From positions 124,001 to 188,000 of the forward strand of contig NW_019029016.1 in assembly GCF_002105155.1 (NCBI RefSeq): a stretch of 64,000 nt of DNA, in the 5' to 3' direction. The DNA comes from Lobosporangium transversale. Taxonomy: Eukaryota. Positions 35,920 to 50,356 of this stretch are shown here, piece after piece. The notes under the pieces were generated by a model. It was not told the DNA's origin, ran no database searches, and was given only the letters and a program-made list of their open reading frames with translations. Both the position numbers and the translations under genes were made by a program. Positions within the stretch are counted from its first letter, which is position 1; each line of letters opens with the position of its first letter.

Positions 35920-38900
35920 ATGTTTGGCAGCATCAATTCCCTTTCACGAAACACTCTCTCACCAGCACAGGCTCTGAGACTCTTTGACTTGTACATGCAA
36001 GGTACTCGCACCATAGATGACGATCGCATCCTACTGACGGAGCTATGCCTCGATGCTGACTCTGTACTGTCTCGTATTCAGAAGTCTTGGAAGAAGTCCT
36101 TTGCTTCGATGACCTCAGCCTCTTCGACCTCTTCAGCTTCCAATGAAGACATGGCATTGCACCAAAGTATTGGCTCAGCCTACTATGAACTTGCTCGCTT
36201 ATTTGAGCAATTGGGTCACTCAACTGATGCACAGAAGCGAGACAAGAAAGCAGAGAAATGGGGATACATCCAAGGAAGTAACAACAACAACAGCAACAAC
36301 GACAGCAATAGCAACAATGTCACTGCTAACCGACAAGTCAACGGATCCAGTAGTAGCAAATTGAGCAAGGTGATGGAAACAGTGCAATTCACACCAGTAC
36401 AGACCATTGCAACTATATCAAAGGACATATTCAACCATGATGAACCTCCAACAGTCATCAGGTACACCTTACCAGATGTTGATGCAAGTGTGGATGATTG
36501 CTACCAGCTTGCATATTGTCTCAGTCTGTGTCCTACTGCTCCTATCCAAACAAATGACCTTAATAAGCACGAGAAAGAGTGGCGGCAGGCTATATCAAGC
36601 AATCAAGATGAGCATGATCGATTGCGTAAATTGACATCGGATGTGATTGAACTGTTCATCAGCGATGGAGTCAAGGCTGAAGCTGTAGCTGAGGTTGTAA
36701 CTCTGGCTCCAGCCCTCGACCAAACACAGTTCAGAGTACTGCTTGCAGCTTTGATCAATGGAATCAGTCAAAACATCATGCTGGAGACTCATATGCTAGA
36801 AGGATTAGCTCAGTTGATGCATCATGCTCCTCTTGGATATCTCGATTCGGATGACCTTGTCTCAATCCTCACCACTCTCAACTCTCGCTTGCAAAACACA
36901 CATGGTCAATCTACAGACCATCTCTATCACCTTTCAGCTACAGTCTCACATGTCCTTGATGCGATGGTCAACAACCAAGTCAAGGGTCTGAAGCGAGAAC
37001 AGCTCCATGAGCCACTTACTACATATCTCAAAGGACTGAAAGAGAGTACAGATCCATATCTAGTCTATCAAGCAGCTTATGCTTTCCAAGCTCTATTGTA
37101 CATTCCGGACGACGAAACAACAATACAAGCCATGCTTCGACGGACATCAACAGTACTCCGAGGAGTGTTTGGAGTAGTGAGTGCAGTCAAAGACATGAAT
37201 ATGAATGGCTTCATGGATGAGATAAGCAACATCCAGAAAGGACTTCCATCAGTGACAGATATTATGGATAAGAGTCTGGAGGTGTACAAAGGAACAGTAT
37301 CACTCTATGAGAGCGGAGTGACATTCAGAGAGTGTATGGAAGAAGGACTGAGCTTCAGTCGCAAGTCAGGATGGTATCCAGCACTTCGAGTAGCTGATGG
37401 GCTACTTCAGATGGGCGAACTGACCAAGTTCAAGATTCTTGTGTGTGAAGTATCCTGTCGAAACGAGGTAGCATTCCAATGGGGACTATGTCAAAGACTG
37501 GGACAGATAGCAGCTGATGTAAAGTGGAGCATGGATATTCGACAAGATGCCATCATATTCCTAGGAGAGATATACAGGAATGATCGAGAATGGGGAAGCC
37601 ATACACACATTAAGCAGTGGATCATAAATATTCTCAGACAACTATCCTCGCTATCACCAAATGGTTTTCAAGGTATGTACTTGATTCCTGTATGGATACG
37701 TTTGGTGGCGATGATGTTAATGATTATATATTAATTCATATGCTCTATAAATGATATTGTCCCTTTCTTCCTATTCTCGCCTATTCCAGCTGCAAACAGT
37801 CTTTTGAATGATCTCAAGGTGGATGGGGATGACAAAAAACAAGAACTATACACCAATTGTCTTCATGGGCCATTGATACAGTTCTCCTCTGTTGCTACAC
37901 TCTTTCGAGCTGAATCTTCACAATTGCTTGATCGTGCACAGAAGAAGCCTGGTGTTGAGGATAGTCTACGGCAACTAAAGAGACGACGGATAGATGGGAA
38001 TAACCAAAGCTTCTATGTTCAACAGTATGCCAAAGCAAGTCCTCAAGCAAGCGATAACGATCGGTTCTTGTTGATGGACAAGGTGAAAGAGTTCCTAAAC
38101 GGCGACCAGAAAGTGATGCTTGTGCAAGGAGATTCAGGAGCAGGCAAATCCACATTCAACCGCACTCTGGAGTGCACACTCTGGGTAACATACCAAAAGA
38201 GACATGGCCGGATTCCACTGTTTATCAACATTCCAGCCATCGACAAAGCAGAGAAGGATCTGGTTGCAAAGCAACTGCGAGACTACGGCTTCACAGACTC
38301 TGAGATTAAGGAGATGAAGATGAATCGGTCATTTGTGTTGATCTGTGATGGATATGATGAGAGCATGCAGACCAACAATCTGTATGCATCCAACCAACTG
38401 AATAAACCTGGAGAGTGGAAGTGTCAGATGGTGATCAGTTGTCACAGTGAGTATCTTGGATCGGACTATCGAGATCGGTTCCATCCTATGGACCGCAATC
38501 ATCGAGCAGATAGTGGAATGTTCCAAGAGGCAGTAATTGTACCATTCTCCGAGGCACAGATTGAAGACTATATCGAACAATATGTCAACTCTATGGATCT
38601 ATTGTGGGGTGTGGAGGACTACAAGGGTGCACTCAAGATGGTCCCTAGCTTACAAGAGCTTGTGAAGAACCCATTCATACTATCGATGTCACTAGAGGTA
38701 CTCCCACGGATGGTGGATCCAGGACAAGAGATCACCAACAGCAAGATCAAGCGAGTCACACTGTATGACCAGTTTGTTGAGCAATGGCTCGAACGAGGCA
38801 AGAAGCGATTAGGCGAGACATTAAGAGCAGAAGATAGAAAGGTGTTCAGAGTGCTGACAGATGAAGGGTTTGCACAGAATGGGATCAAGTATCTGGCGGA

Positions 38901-41900
38901 GCTGGCTATAGCGATCTATAAGCATCAAAATGGCAATCCAGTGGTGGAGTACTCACCATCCAAGGACAAGGGCACATGGAAAGAAGCGTACTTCAGCAAA
39001 GAGAATAGAAGGAACCTATTGCGTGAGGCATCACCACTCACACGTACAGGCAATCAACATCGGTTTCTGCATCGATCTATTCTAGAGTACAGTCTGGTAC
39101 GAGCGATATTTGAGCCACAACCGATGATGAATACGTTTGCGAGCGATGAAGAAGCAAAGGCGACTACATCGCCTTCTCGTCGACAGAGTATTAATTCGGT
39201 ATTTAGTTTTGAATGCATGGACACCAAAGAGAGCGAGCAGGAAATGGATATGGTCAAAGCCGATGAGGCATCACCTTTAGTATGGAGGAGCTTTGTAGAT
39301 GAGACATCTATCCTTCAGTTCCTGGAGGACCGTGTCCGTCTTGAGCCGGTGTTCAGACAACAGTTGTTTGGATATGTAGAACTCTCGAAGAGCGATAGCA
39401 AGTGGCGGATAGCAGCAGCGAATGCGATGACGATCTTGGTCCGATCAGGCGAGTCATTCATCGGAGCAGACTTACGAGGCATTCAGATTGCAGGAGCCGA
39501 TATCAGTCATGGTATTTTTGAGTATGCTCAACTGCAAGGAGCAGACTTGAGGAAGGTGAACTTACAGAGATGTTGGCTTCGAGAGGCAGACCTGAGTGGA
39601 GCAAAGATGGCAAGAATACAATTTGGAGAATGGCCACTTCTTGAAGCAAATGGTGAGGTATTGGGTGGGGCATATTCACCTGATGGCAAGACACTCGCTG
39701 CAGTTATTGGAGTTATCAGAGATGAATCATATATGTGTTCAATTACCGTGCATGACACATCAACATGGGAGAAACTCTTGGTTTTAGAAGACAATGTAAC
39801 TCGCGACAGGCTTTTATACTCACCAGATAGCAGGCATATCGCCTCTTGGGGCAATGATCAAGCTGCAGTTTTAATTTGGGATGCAGCCTCAGGTGTATTG
39901 GTTCACCAATTAGTGGGTCATACAGGCTCTGTCAGCTGTGTAGCGTATTCACCAAGCGGGAACGATCTTGCTTCCGCTAGCGAGGATGGCTCAGTGCGAG
40001 TGTGGGATACCCAAACAGGCATGCTCAAATTTATATTAGAGGGCCATGCTGGATCCGTGAGAAGTGTGGCATATTCACCTGATGGAAAGCAGATTGCAAC
40101 TGGCGGTAGCGACAAGATATTACGACTGTGGGATGCGACATCAGGGCAACAGTTGATGTTGCTGACGGACCATGAGGATGAGATTGTACATGCTGTGTAT
40201 TCACCTAATGGACAAGAAATCATAGCTCTTTGTTTTTTGGATAGCTATCTGCATGTGTGGGATGTTGGATCTGGTCAAAAGAAGTTTAGTTTGGGTCATG
40301 ATGATCCTCTTGCCAAAGGGATACAGTATTCACCTAATGGGAAGTTCGCTGCTTCGCTCGCTGGTTGTTTCAACTTTGATACGGTATATCAGTGGGATAT
40401 GCAAACAGGAGAAGTCGTTCATACTCTTGTAAAAGAAGGTCCTCTTACCAGTGATTTAAAGTATTCACCAAACGGAGAAGCGATAGCCGCTTACGATGTG
40501 AACGATGCAATATGGCTATGGGATGCGAGATCAGGACAACTCATGAATACCTTCTACGGCCACTCAGGGGAAATAACATGTTTGGCACATTCACCTAACA
40601 ACCACCAGATTGCGTCCTTCAGTAGAGACAAAACGATACGCCTTTGGGATACTCGACCGCAACAATCCAGTCATAACTTACATAGTCATTCAGCAAGAAT
40701 CGTTGGCGTCAGGAGTTCGCCTGATGGACAGCAAATAGCTTCATGCAGTCGGGACAGAACAGTGCGTATGTGGGATGCAAGAACAGGACATCCCATTCAC
40801 GTTTTACAATGCCTCAATGGATATATAAATGACATCAGGTATTCACCTGATGGCCAATTGCTTGCCTCTTGCCATTCTTCTCCCCGCGTGTATCTATGGG
40901 ATCCTCGTACAGGACTAGTTGTTCACACTTTGGAGCTACAATTTGAAGGCGCCGATGACATCAAAGTCTTTGATTTCTTACCTAATGGCCACCAAATTGT
41001 CTGTGGTCATAGGTCTGGAAGAGTGATCATACGGAACACACAAACAGGAGTGCCCATCCGCATACTATATGGCCACAAAGCAGAAATTGAGAGTGTAACG
41101 TTCTCACCTAATGGCGACCAGATTGCTTCGCGTGATCATGGTAATATCAAAGTCTGGGATGCTCAAACAGGGGATCTTCAGCATGAAATGAGTGATGAAG
41201 TAACCTCTAACTCTTATGTCGTATACACGCCTGACAGTCGAAAGATAGTGTTGTATCACATCAGTGAGTGCAAGTGTTTGCATGTATGGAGTGCAGAAAC
41301 GGGTGAGCTCTGTTACGAAGCGCAGTTTGACAATTATGTAGAATGCGTTGCATTTTCACCATGTAGTCAACAGATGGTTGTTGCAGGTAAGGAAGGGCTG
41401 GTCAGTGTGTTGGATACAGAAACAGGGTTAGTGTTGTGTGTATTTAAAGGACACACCTGGTCGATCGTTGATATAGCTTATTCGCCTGATGGAAGATACA
41501 TTGCCTCAAGCAGTTGGGACATGACAGTGCGAGTGTGGGATCCGAAATCAGGCCACTGTTTGATTGTAATCCCATGTGAAGGTGGTGATGCTCAAACGCT
41601 TCTATGGAATGTCTCTGAAGAGGGCCACTACCTGGTTACAGGCTGTGGGGATGGTTCTATTCGGAAGTGGCAGATTGTGAAGAAGGATGAAGAATATCAT
41701 TACCACCTAAAATGGAGCACCAGGCAAACGACCCTTAATGCAAACAACGCTCGTATTCACTCTGTAAATGGGTTGAGTGAAGTCAACAGGAAGCTCTTGA
41801 TGCAACATGGAGCTATAGACGAGCAATCCTCCTCGTTGGATGTACAAGAGTGTAGGGACGCCATCAATAACGCTCAAGGCCAGGAGTGTGTCCATTCAAG

Positions 41901-42066
41901 TGGACCATTATCAAGAACCATCACTAAAAGCAGATTCGGAAGCAGGTTTAGAGCCAGATTTAGAGCCAGAAGGTCTGGACGAAGGAGCACGATTGACAAG
42001 GTTGACAGAAACAAGTCAATCGATCGGAGGATATCGGCTCAAATGCAGTGTGTGCAAGGAATGTAG
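35920..42066 (+). CDS. NLR-like protein: helical N-terminus, ARM-like region, NACHT, pentapeptide repeats, WD40 repeats (~2009 aa, 2 exons)
   Basis: Exons 35920-37672 and 37790-42066 join in frame through a GT-AG intron. Walker A GDSGAGKS, Walker B LICDGYDE, 'ADLRGIQIAGADIS...AQLQGADLRKVNL' pentapeptides and many GH...WD repeats. Confidence 0.92.
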
Positions 42067-44173
42067 TATTGCACATATCATTTCATGCGAACCTTGTGAG
42101 TCAAGAGTAAAAAGGATGGATAGACATGAAGTCGTACAGGATATAGAATAAAGTGCGAATATTACCTCTTTACAATCAAACCACAAAAAAGAAAATGGTT
42201 CTTGAATAAGTCAGGATAGCTTGAGAGAGATTGTTGTATTTATGGCAAAATGTTTAGTAGTTACCAATCTCAGTCTGCAGGAGCCAAGTCGACTATAACC
42301 ACCATTATGAACGTTGGGTAGCTGCTGAAGGTGAACTTACATGGCAAGGAGTATGGGTACATCTTCTGACGCAGACTGAGAAGAAGTATGGTTCACTGAT
42401 GATGTCAATGATCATGACGGTTTATGTCTCTTTTTATCTCTAGACCCTAGCTTTATCTGTTTCTTTTTGGGGGGAACGGAGGCATCAGCCACCTTTCTGA
42501 TCATCTATACAAGGGAGAGAAATAGGGCTTGAATCTCAGTACATCAAATGTTTAAGATAACATTCCGAACATCTGTGTCACATTCGCTTCTCCCCCATCT
42601 TACATTCTTTCGACTCTAAGAAAATGCTTTACGGTCTATAAAAGAAAGGAAAAGACAAAGTGAAAGCTATGGTAGATATGAAAAGTCCGTATAAATGCTA
42701 GCTATTATCATAGGTACCATTATGAGATGAATAAAAAGGAAAAAAGGAAAGGGTTGTTTCAATGATGGAGTAACAAGAATGTTCCTCGACAATTTCCTTT
42801 TGTCCCATGTCATTCCTCTTTGTTCCAACGATCCATGCATGTATATAAATGTAACCGCTAAACAACAGTAACAACAGTAACAACAGCTCTAATTTTGTAT
42901 TCAGGGTCTACCAAATGTGTAATACCCCACACCATCTGTTCTAAAAAAGAAAAGGTCAAAAGACCCACTGAAGAGGAAGAGGAAGAGAAAAAGACAGGAG
43001 CAGAGTGAGAGCGAAGGAAAGACAAGAGAGTAAGAAAGGAAAGAGAGAGAAAAGATAGGGGAGGCTACAACTGTTTCCAATAGGCCCCTTTCCTTCTTTC
43101 TCTTCCTCTATATCCACTTCCCCACAAGTGTCTGGAGTAAAATATAGATATATATATTCTATAATTACTACCAGGTGGGGGACGGGATTCTTTTTTTTTA
43201 AAAAAAAAAGATCGACAATTAGTCTTTGTATTATATACTCAAGATTTAGGCAGATTGCAGATCCCTGGCTGTGGTATTAAAAAAAGATCAATGAAGTAAA
43301 CAAGAATTATGTCAAGACCAAGAGGATGGCTTGGAGATTTAGGCCGAATGTAATACTATCGGCACCACCCATCATGCCATGCTAAATCCTTGTCAATATG
43401 GGATCATTTCATGGTTTTGAGAACATTGCCAGAGTTCGTTGTAGTAAATGACACTGTGCAGCAATTTCTCAAGGGTAGCTGGCTCTGCGAACACGCCGCG
43501 CGATGTATTTACCATCCTCAGAGTTGGACCATTCCAATGACCAGCTGAAATGGAGGCCCTGTCAAGCCTTTAGAAGACAATAAGCATATAATAAAAGAGA
43601 AAATGAAAAGAGAATAGCTTGGAGGTTTAAGCCAAAAGAAACGCTATTAGCACCACCCATCATTCCATGTTTATTCTTGTCAAGAACGAATTAATTCATG
43701 GGTTTGAGAATATTATTCCCAAAGGGAGCTGGCCCTGCAAGCACATCACAGGATGTGGTTACTATTCTCAAGGCTGGGCCAGCCCAATGACTAGTTGAGA
43801 TGGAGGACCCGTCATTCTGTAAGAGAAGAGAGAGAGAGAGAGAGAGAGAAATGATTTACGAGTAGCAAAAAGTGAAGAAAGAAAGCGAACAAAAAGATGA
43901 GAAAGAGTGATAAATGTAGAGAGAAAGAGAAATAAACAGAGCAATATAAAATGAATGAAAGTACGACTTAAAAAAAGGAACAAGAGATGACCGAATAAAG
44001 TGAATCGTGGAAGAAACATTGTGTCATTGGCCTGGGATTGTTCATACCTCTAATATATAGCTGTAGCTACTAAACATGCTGCTATAACACAACAATCTTT
44101 CTCAAGCTACCCGATTTTATTCAAGAACCACTTTCTTTTTATACTATTGTTGTAAAGAGGCGTTGTTTGCACA

Positions 44174-47100
44174 TCATTCTATATCCTGAACGACATCCTG
44201 TCTATCCATTCTCTTTACTCTTGACTCACAAGGTTCGCATGAAATGATATGTGCAATACTACATTCGCTGCACACTCTGCATTTGAGCCGATATCCTCCG
44301 ATCGATTGGCTTATTTCTGCCAACCTTGTCAATCGTGCTCCTTCCCTCAGACCTTCTTCCTCTATATCCACCTCTAAATCTGACACTAAATCTGCCTTTG
44401 TTGATGGTTCTTGAGAATGGCTCACTTGACTGGACGCACTCTTGGGCTCGGATGCTATTGATGGCGTCCCTACAGTCAAAGAGGAGGGTTGCTCGTCTAT
44501 AGCTCCACGCTGTACCAGAAGCTTCCTGTTGACTTCACTCAATCCATCTACAGAGTGAATACGAGCGTTATTTGCATTAAGGGTCGTTTGCCTGGTGCTC
44601 CACTTCAAGTGGTATTGATATTTATCCTCCTCCTTCACAATCTGCCACATCCGAATAGAGCCATCTCGACAGCCTGTTACCAGATAATGGCCCTCTTCAG
44701 AGACATTCCATACAAGCGTCCTAACAGCTCCACCTTCAAATGGGATTGCAATCAAACAGTGGCCTGATTTCGGATCCCACACTCGTACTGTCATGTCAAA
44801 ACTGCTTGAGACAATGTATCTTCCATCAGGCGAATAGGCCATCTCAATGATCCGACTGGTGTGTCCTTTAAACACACACAACACTGACCCTGTTTCCGTA
44901 TCCACCGCACTGACCAGCCCTTTCCTATCCCCAACAACCATCTGTTGGCTACATGGCGATAATGTTACGCACACTAGATCATTGTCAAACTCTGTTTTGT
45001 AACAGAGCTCACCCGTTTCTGCACTCCATACTGCCAAGCCTTTGTGCTCATAGCTGCGATACAACACTATCTTTCGACTGTCAAGCGTGTATACGATATA
45101 AGAGTCATAGCTTGCTTTATCACTCACTTCATCACTCACTTCATGCTGGAGATCCCCTGATTGAGCACACCAGACTTTGATATTACCGCTTTTATCATAA
45201 GAAGCAATCTGGTCGCCATTAGGCGAGAACATCACACTCTTCATTTCTGCTTTGTGGCCATATAGTATGCGGATGAGCTCTCCTGTTTGTGTGTTCCATA
45301 TAGTCACTCTTCCAGATTCATGACCACAGACAATTTGGTGGCCATTAGGTAAGAAATCAAAGGCCTTGATGCCATCCGCGCCTTCATCTTGTAGCTCCAA
45401 AATGTGAACAACTAGTCCTGTACGAGGACTCCAAAGATAGACGCGTGGAGAAGAATGGCAAGAGGCAAGCAATTGGCCATCAGGTGAATACTTGATGTCA
45501 TTTATATATCCATTGAGGCAATATAAAACGTGGATGGGATGTCCTGTTCTTGCATCCCACAAACGCACTGTTCCGTCCCGACTGCATGAAGCTATTTGCT
45601 GTTCATCAGGCGAACTCCTGACGCCAACGATTCTTGCTGAATGACTATGTAAGTCATGGCTGGGTTGTTGTGGTCGAGTATCCCAAAAGCGTATCGTTTT
45701 GTCTCTACTGAAGGACGCAATCTGGTGGTTGTTAGGTGAATGTTCCAAACATGTTATTTCCCCTGAGTGACCGTAGAAGGTATTCATGAGTTGGCCCGAT
45801 CTCGCGTCCAAAAGGCATATTACATTGTCCGAATAGCAAGCGGCTATCTTTTCTCCATTTGGTGAATACTTTATATCAGTGACAGAAATATATTCTTTTT
45901 CAAAAGTATGAATGAGTTTCCCTGCTGGGATATCCCATTGATACACCGTGTCAAAGGTGAAAGAAGCAGCGAACTTTCCATTAGGTGAATACTGTATGCG
46001 ATTGACGTGATAAATATGTTCCAAATTGAACTTCTTTTGGTCAGATCCAACATCCCACACATGCAGCCAACGATCTTCGTAACAACGAGTTATGATTTCT
46101 TGTCCATTAGGTGAATACTCAATTTGCACAATCCCAGAGCCATGGTCCATCAGCAACATCGACTGTTGCCCTGATGTCGCATCCCACAGCCGCAATATCT
46201 TGTCGCTACCGCCAGTTGCAATATGCTTTCCATCAGGGGAATATGCCACAGTCCACACAGCACCTGTATGACCCTCTAACATAAATTTGAGAATGCCTGT
46301 TTGGGTGTCCCACACTCGCACCGAGCCATCATCGCTAGCTGAGGCAAGATCCTTCCCGCTTGGCGAATACGCTACACAGCTAACTGAGCCTGTATGACTC
46401 ACCAATTTGTGAACCAATACACCTGAGGCTGCATCCCAAATTAAAACCTCATTATAGCGCCGGGAAGTGATATGCCTGCTATCTGGTGAATATAGGGGCC
46501 TACTACCGGTTACATTGTCTTCTAAAATCATGAGTTTCTCCCATGTTGATGTGTCATACACAATGGTTGAATAATTAAATCCGATAACCGCAGCGAATGT
46601 CTTGCCATCGGGTGAATATGTCCCATCAATCGCCCAATCGCCTGCTTCGATAAGAGGCCATTCTCCCTGCCATCTTTGCTCCACTCAGGTCCGCTTCACG
46701 AACCCAACATTTCCGTAAGTTGACCTTCCTCAGATCCGCTCCTTGTAGTTGAGCATACTCAAAAATACCATGACTAATATCGGCTCCTGGAATCTGGATG
46801 CCTCGTAAGTCTGCTCCGATGAATGACTCGCCTGATCGGATCAAAATTGTCATCGCATTCGCTGCTGCTATTCGCCACTTGCTATCACTCTTCGAGAGTT
46901 CTACATATCTATACAACTGCTCTCTGAACACCGACTCAAGACGGACACGGTCCTCCAGGAACTGAAGGATAGATGCCTCATCTACAAAGCTTCTCCACAC
47001 TAAAGGTGATGTCTCATCAGCTTTGACCATATCCACTCCTTGCTCACTCTCTTTGATATGTATGCCTTCAAAACTATACACCGAACTGTTACTCTGTCGT

Positions 47101-50100
47101 CGGAGGAGTAGTGTAGTCGCCTTTGCCCCTCCATCGCTTGCAGACCTACTCATCATCGGTTGTGGTTCAAATATCGCTCGTACCAGACTGTACTCTAGAA
47201 TAGATCGATGCAGAAACCGATGTTGATTGCCTGTACGTGTGAGTGGTGATGCTTCACGCAATAGGTTCCTTCTATTCTCTTTGCTGAAGTACGCTTCTTT
47301 CCATGTGCCCTTGTCCTTGGATGGTGAGTACTCCACCACTGGATTGCCATTTTGATGCTTATAGATCGCTATAGCCAGCTCCGCCAGATACTTGATCCCA
47401 TTCTGTGCAAACCCTTCATCTGTCAGCACTCTGAACACCTTTCTATCTTCTGCTCTTAATGTCTCGCCTAATCGCTTCTTGCCTCGTTCGAGCCATTGCT
47501 CAACAAACTGGTCATACAGTGTGACTCGCTTAATCTTGCTGTTGGTGATCTCTTGTCCTGGATCCACCATCCGTGGGAGTACCTCTAGTGACATCGATAG
47601 TATGAATGAGTTCTTCACAAGCTCTTGTAAGCTAGGGACCATCTTGAGTGCACCCTTATAGTCCTCCACACCCCATAGTAGATCCATAGAGTTGACATAT
47701 TGTTCGATATAGTCTTCAATCTGTGCCTCGGAGAATGGTACAATTACTGCCTCTTGGAACATTCCACTATCTGCTCGATGATTGCGGTCCATAGGATGGA
47801 ACCGATCTCGATAGTCCGATCCAAGATACTCACTGTGACAACTGATCACCATCTGACACTTCCACTCTCCAGGTTTATTCAGTTGGTTGGATGCATACAG
47901 ATTGTTGGTCTGCATGCTCTCATCATATCCATCACAGATCAACACAAATGACCGATTCATCTTCATCTCCTTAATCTCCGAGTCTGCGAAGCCGTAGTCT
48001 CGCAGTTGCTTTGCAACCAGGTCCTTCTCTGGCTTGTCGATGGCTGGAAGGTTGATGAACAGTGGGATCCGGCCATGTCTCTTTTGGTATGTTTCCCAGA
48101 GTGTGCACTCTAGAGTGCAGTTGAATGTGGATTTGCCTACTCCTGAATTCCCTTGCACAAGCATCACTTTCTGGTCGCTACCCAAGAACTCTTTCACTTT
48201 GTCCATCAACAAGAACCGATCGTTATCGCTTGCTTGAGGACTTGCTTTTGCATACTGCTGAACATAGAAGCTTTGATTATTCCCATCTATCCGCCGTCTC
48301 TTTAGTTGCCGTAGACTACTCTCAACACCAGGCTTCTTCTGTGCACGATCAAGTAATTGTGAAGATTCAGGACGAGAGGGAGTAGCAACAGAGGAGAACT
48401 GTATCAATGGGCCATGAAGATAATCGGTGTATAGTTCTCGTTTTTTGTCATCCCCATCCACCTTGAGAATATTCAAAAGACTGTCTACAGCTATAATAGA
48501 CGAGAACACAATGATGGAGCGAAAACATGTATAGAGTATGTGGATTAGTATGTAGTGATTGTTGTCATCCATACAAGAATCAAATACATACCTTGAAAAC
48601 CATCTGGTGGTAGCGAGGATAGTTGTCTAAGAATATTTATGATCCACTGCTTAATGTGTGTATGGGCTCCCCAATCCCGATCATTCTTGTATATCTCTCC
48701 TAGGAATGTGATGGCATCTTGTCGAATATCCATGCTCCACTTTGTATCTGCTGCTATCTGTCCCAGTCTTTGACATAGTCCCCATTGGAATGCTACTTCA
48801 TTTCGACAGGATACTTCACACACAAGAATCTTGAACTTGGTCAGTTCGCCTATCTGAAGTAGCCCATCAGCTACTCGAAGTGCTGGATACCATCCTGACT
48901 TGTGACTGAAGCTCAGTCCTTCTTCCATACACTCTTTGAATGTTGCTCCGCTCTCATAGAGTAATGCCCTACCCTTGTACACCTGCAGACTATTGTCTAT
49001 GATATTTGTCACTGATGGAAGTTCTTTCTGGATGTTGCTTATCTCATCCATGAAGATATTCAAGTTCAAGCCCTTTACTGCACTCACTACTCCAAACACT
49101 CCTCGAAGTACTGTTGATGTTCGTCGAAGCATGGCTTGTATTGTTGTTTCGTCGTCCGGAATGTACAATAGTGCTTGGAAGGCATAAGCTGCTTGATAGA
49201 CTAAGTGAGGGTCTGTACTCTCTTTCAGTCCTTTGAGGTATGTAGTAAGTGGCTCATGGAGCTGTTCCCGCTTCAGACCCTTGACCTGGTTGTTGACCAT
49301 CGCATCGAGGACATGTGAGACTGTAGCTGAAAGGTGATAGAGATGGTCTGTAGATTGACCATGTGTGTTTTGCAAGCGAGAGTTGAGAGTGGTGAGGATT
49401 GAGACAAGGTCATCCGAATCGAGATATCCAAGAGGAGCATGATGCATCAACTGAGCTAATCCTTCTAGCATATGAGTCTCCAGCATGATGTTTTGACTGA
49501 TTCCATTGATCAAAGCCGCTAGCAGTGCTCTGAACTGTGTTTGGTCAAGAACTGGAGCCAGAGTTACAACCTCAGCTACAGCTTCAGTCTTGACTCCATC
49601 GCTGATGAGCAGTTCAATCACATCCGATGTCAATTTACGCAATCGATCATGCTCATCTTGATTGCTTGATATAGCCTGCCGCCACTCTTTCTCGTGCTTA
49701 TTAAGGTCATTTGTTTGGATAGGAGCAGTAGGACACAGACTGAGACAATATGCAAGCTGGTAGCAATCATCCACACTTGCATCAACATCTGGTAAGGTGT
49801 ACCTGATGACTGTTGGAGGTTCATCATGGTTGAATATGTCCTTTGATATAGTTGCAATGGTCTGTACTGGTGTGAATTGCACTGTTTCCATCACCTTGCT
49901 CAATTTGCTACTGCTGGATCCGCTGACTCGTTGTTTGGTGGTGGTATCGCTGTTATTGCTGTCGTTATTGTTGTTGTTGTTGTTGTTGTTATTGTTGCTC
50001 CTTTGGATGTATCCCCATTTCTTTGCTTTCTTGTACCGCCTTTGTGCATCAGCTAAGTGACCCAATTGCCCGAATAAGCGAGCAAGTTCATAGTAGGCTG

Positions 50101-50356
50101 AGGCAATACCTTGGCGCAATGCCATATCTTCATTGCAACCTGAAGAGGTTGAAGAGGCTGAAGTCATTGAGGCGAAAGACCTCTTCCAAGACTTTTGAAT
50201 ACGAGATAGTACAGAGTCAGCATCGAGGCATAACTCCGTCAGTAGGACGCGATCGTTGTCTATGGTGCGAGTACTCTGCATGTACAAGTCAAAGAGTCTT
50301 AGAGCCTGTGTTGGCGAGAGTGTATTTCGTGAAGGGGTATTGATACTGCCAAACAT
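44174..50356 (-). pseudogene. Paralogous NACHT-WD40 NLR, frameshifted between the pentapeptide and WD40 regions
   Basis: Exons 50356-48592 and 48490 onward. Net 11-nt loss at ~46670 (GCA-G-GGAGAA versus GCA-AGAATACAATTT-GGAGAA in copy 1). The WD40 frame 44174..46684 is otherwise open. Confidence 0.88.

Noticed and set aside
43327..43815. Tandemly duplicated ~200-240 bp exon-like segments between the NLRs
   Set aside because: Diverged, containing stops, with no recognisable product; noted only as an old local duplication.
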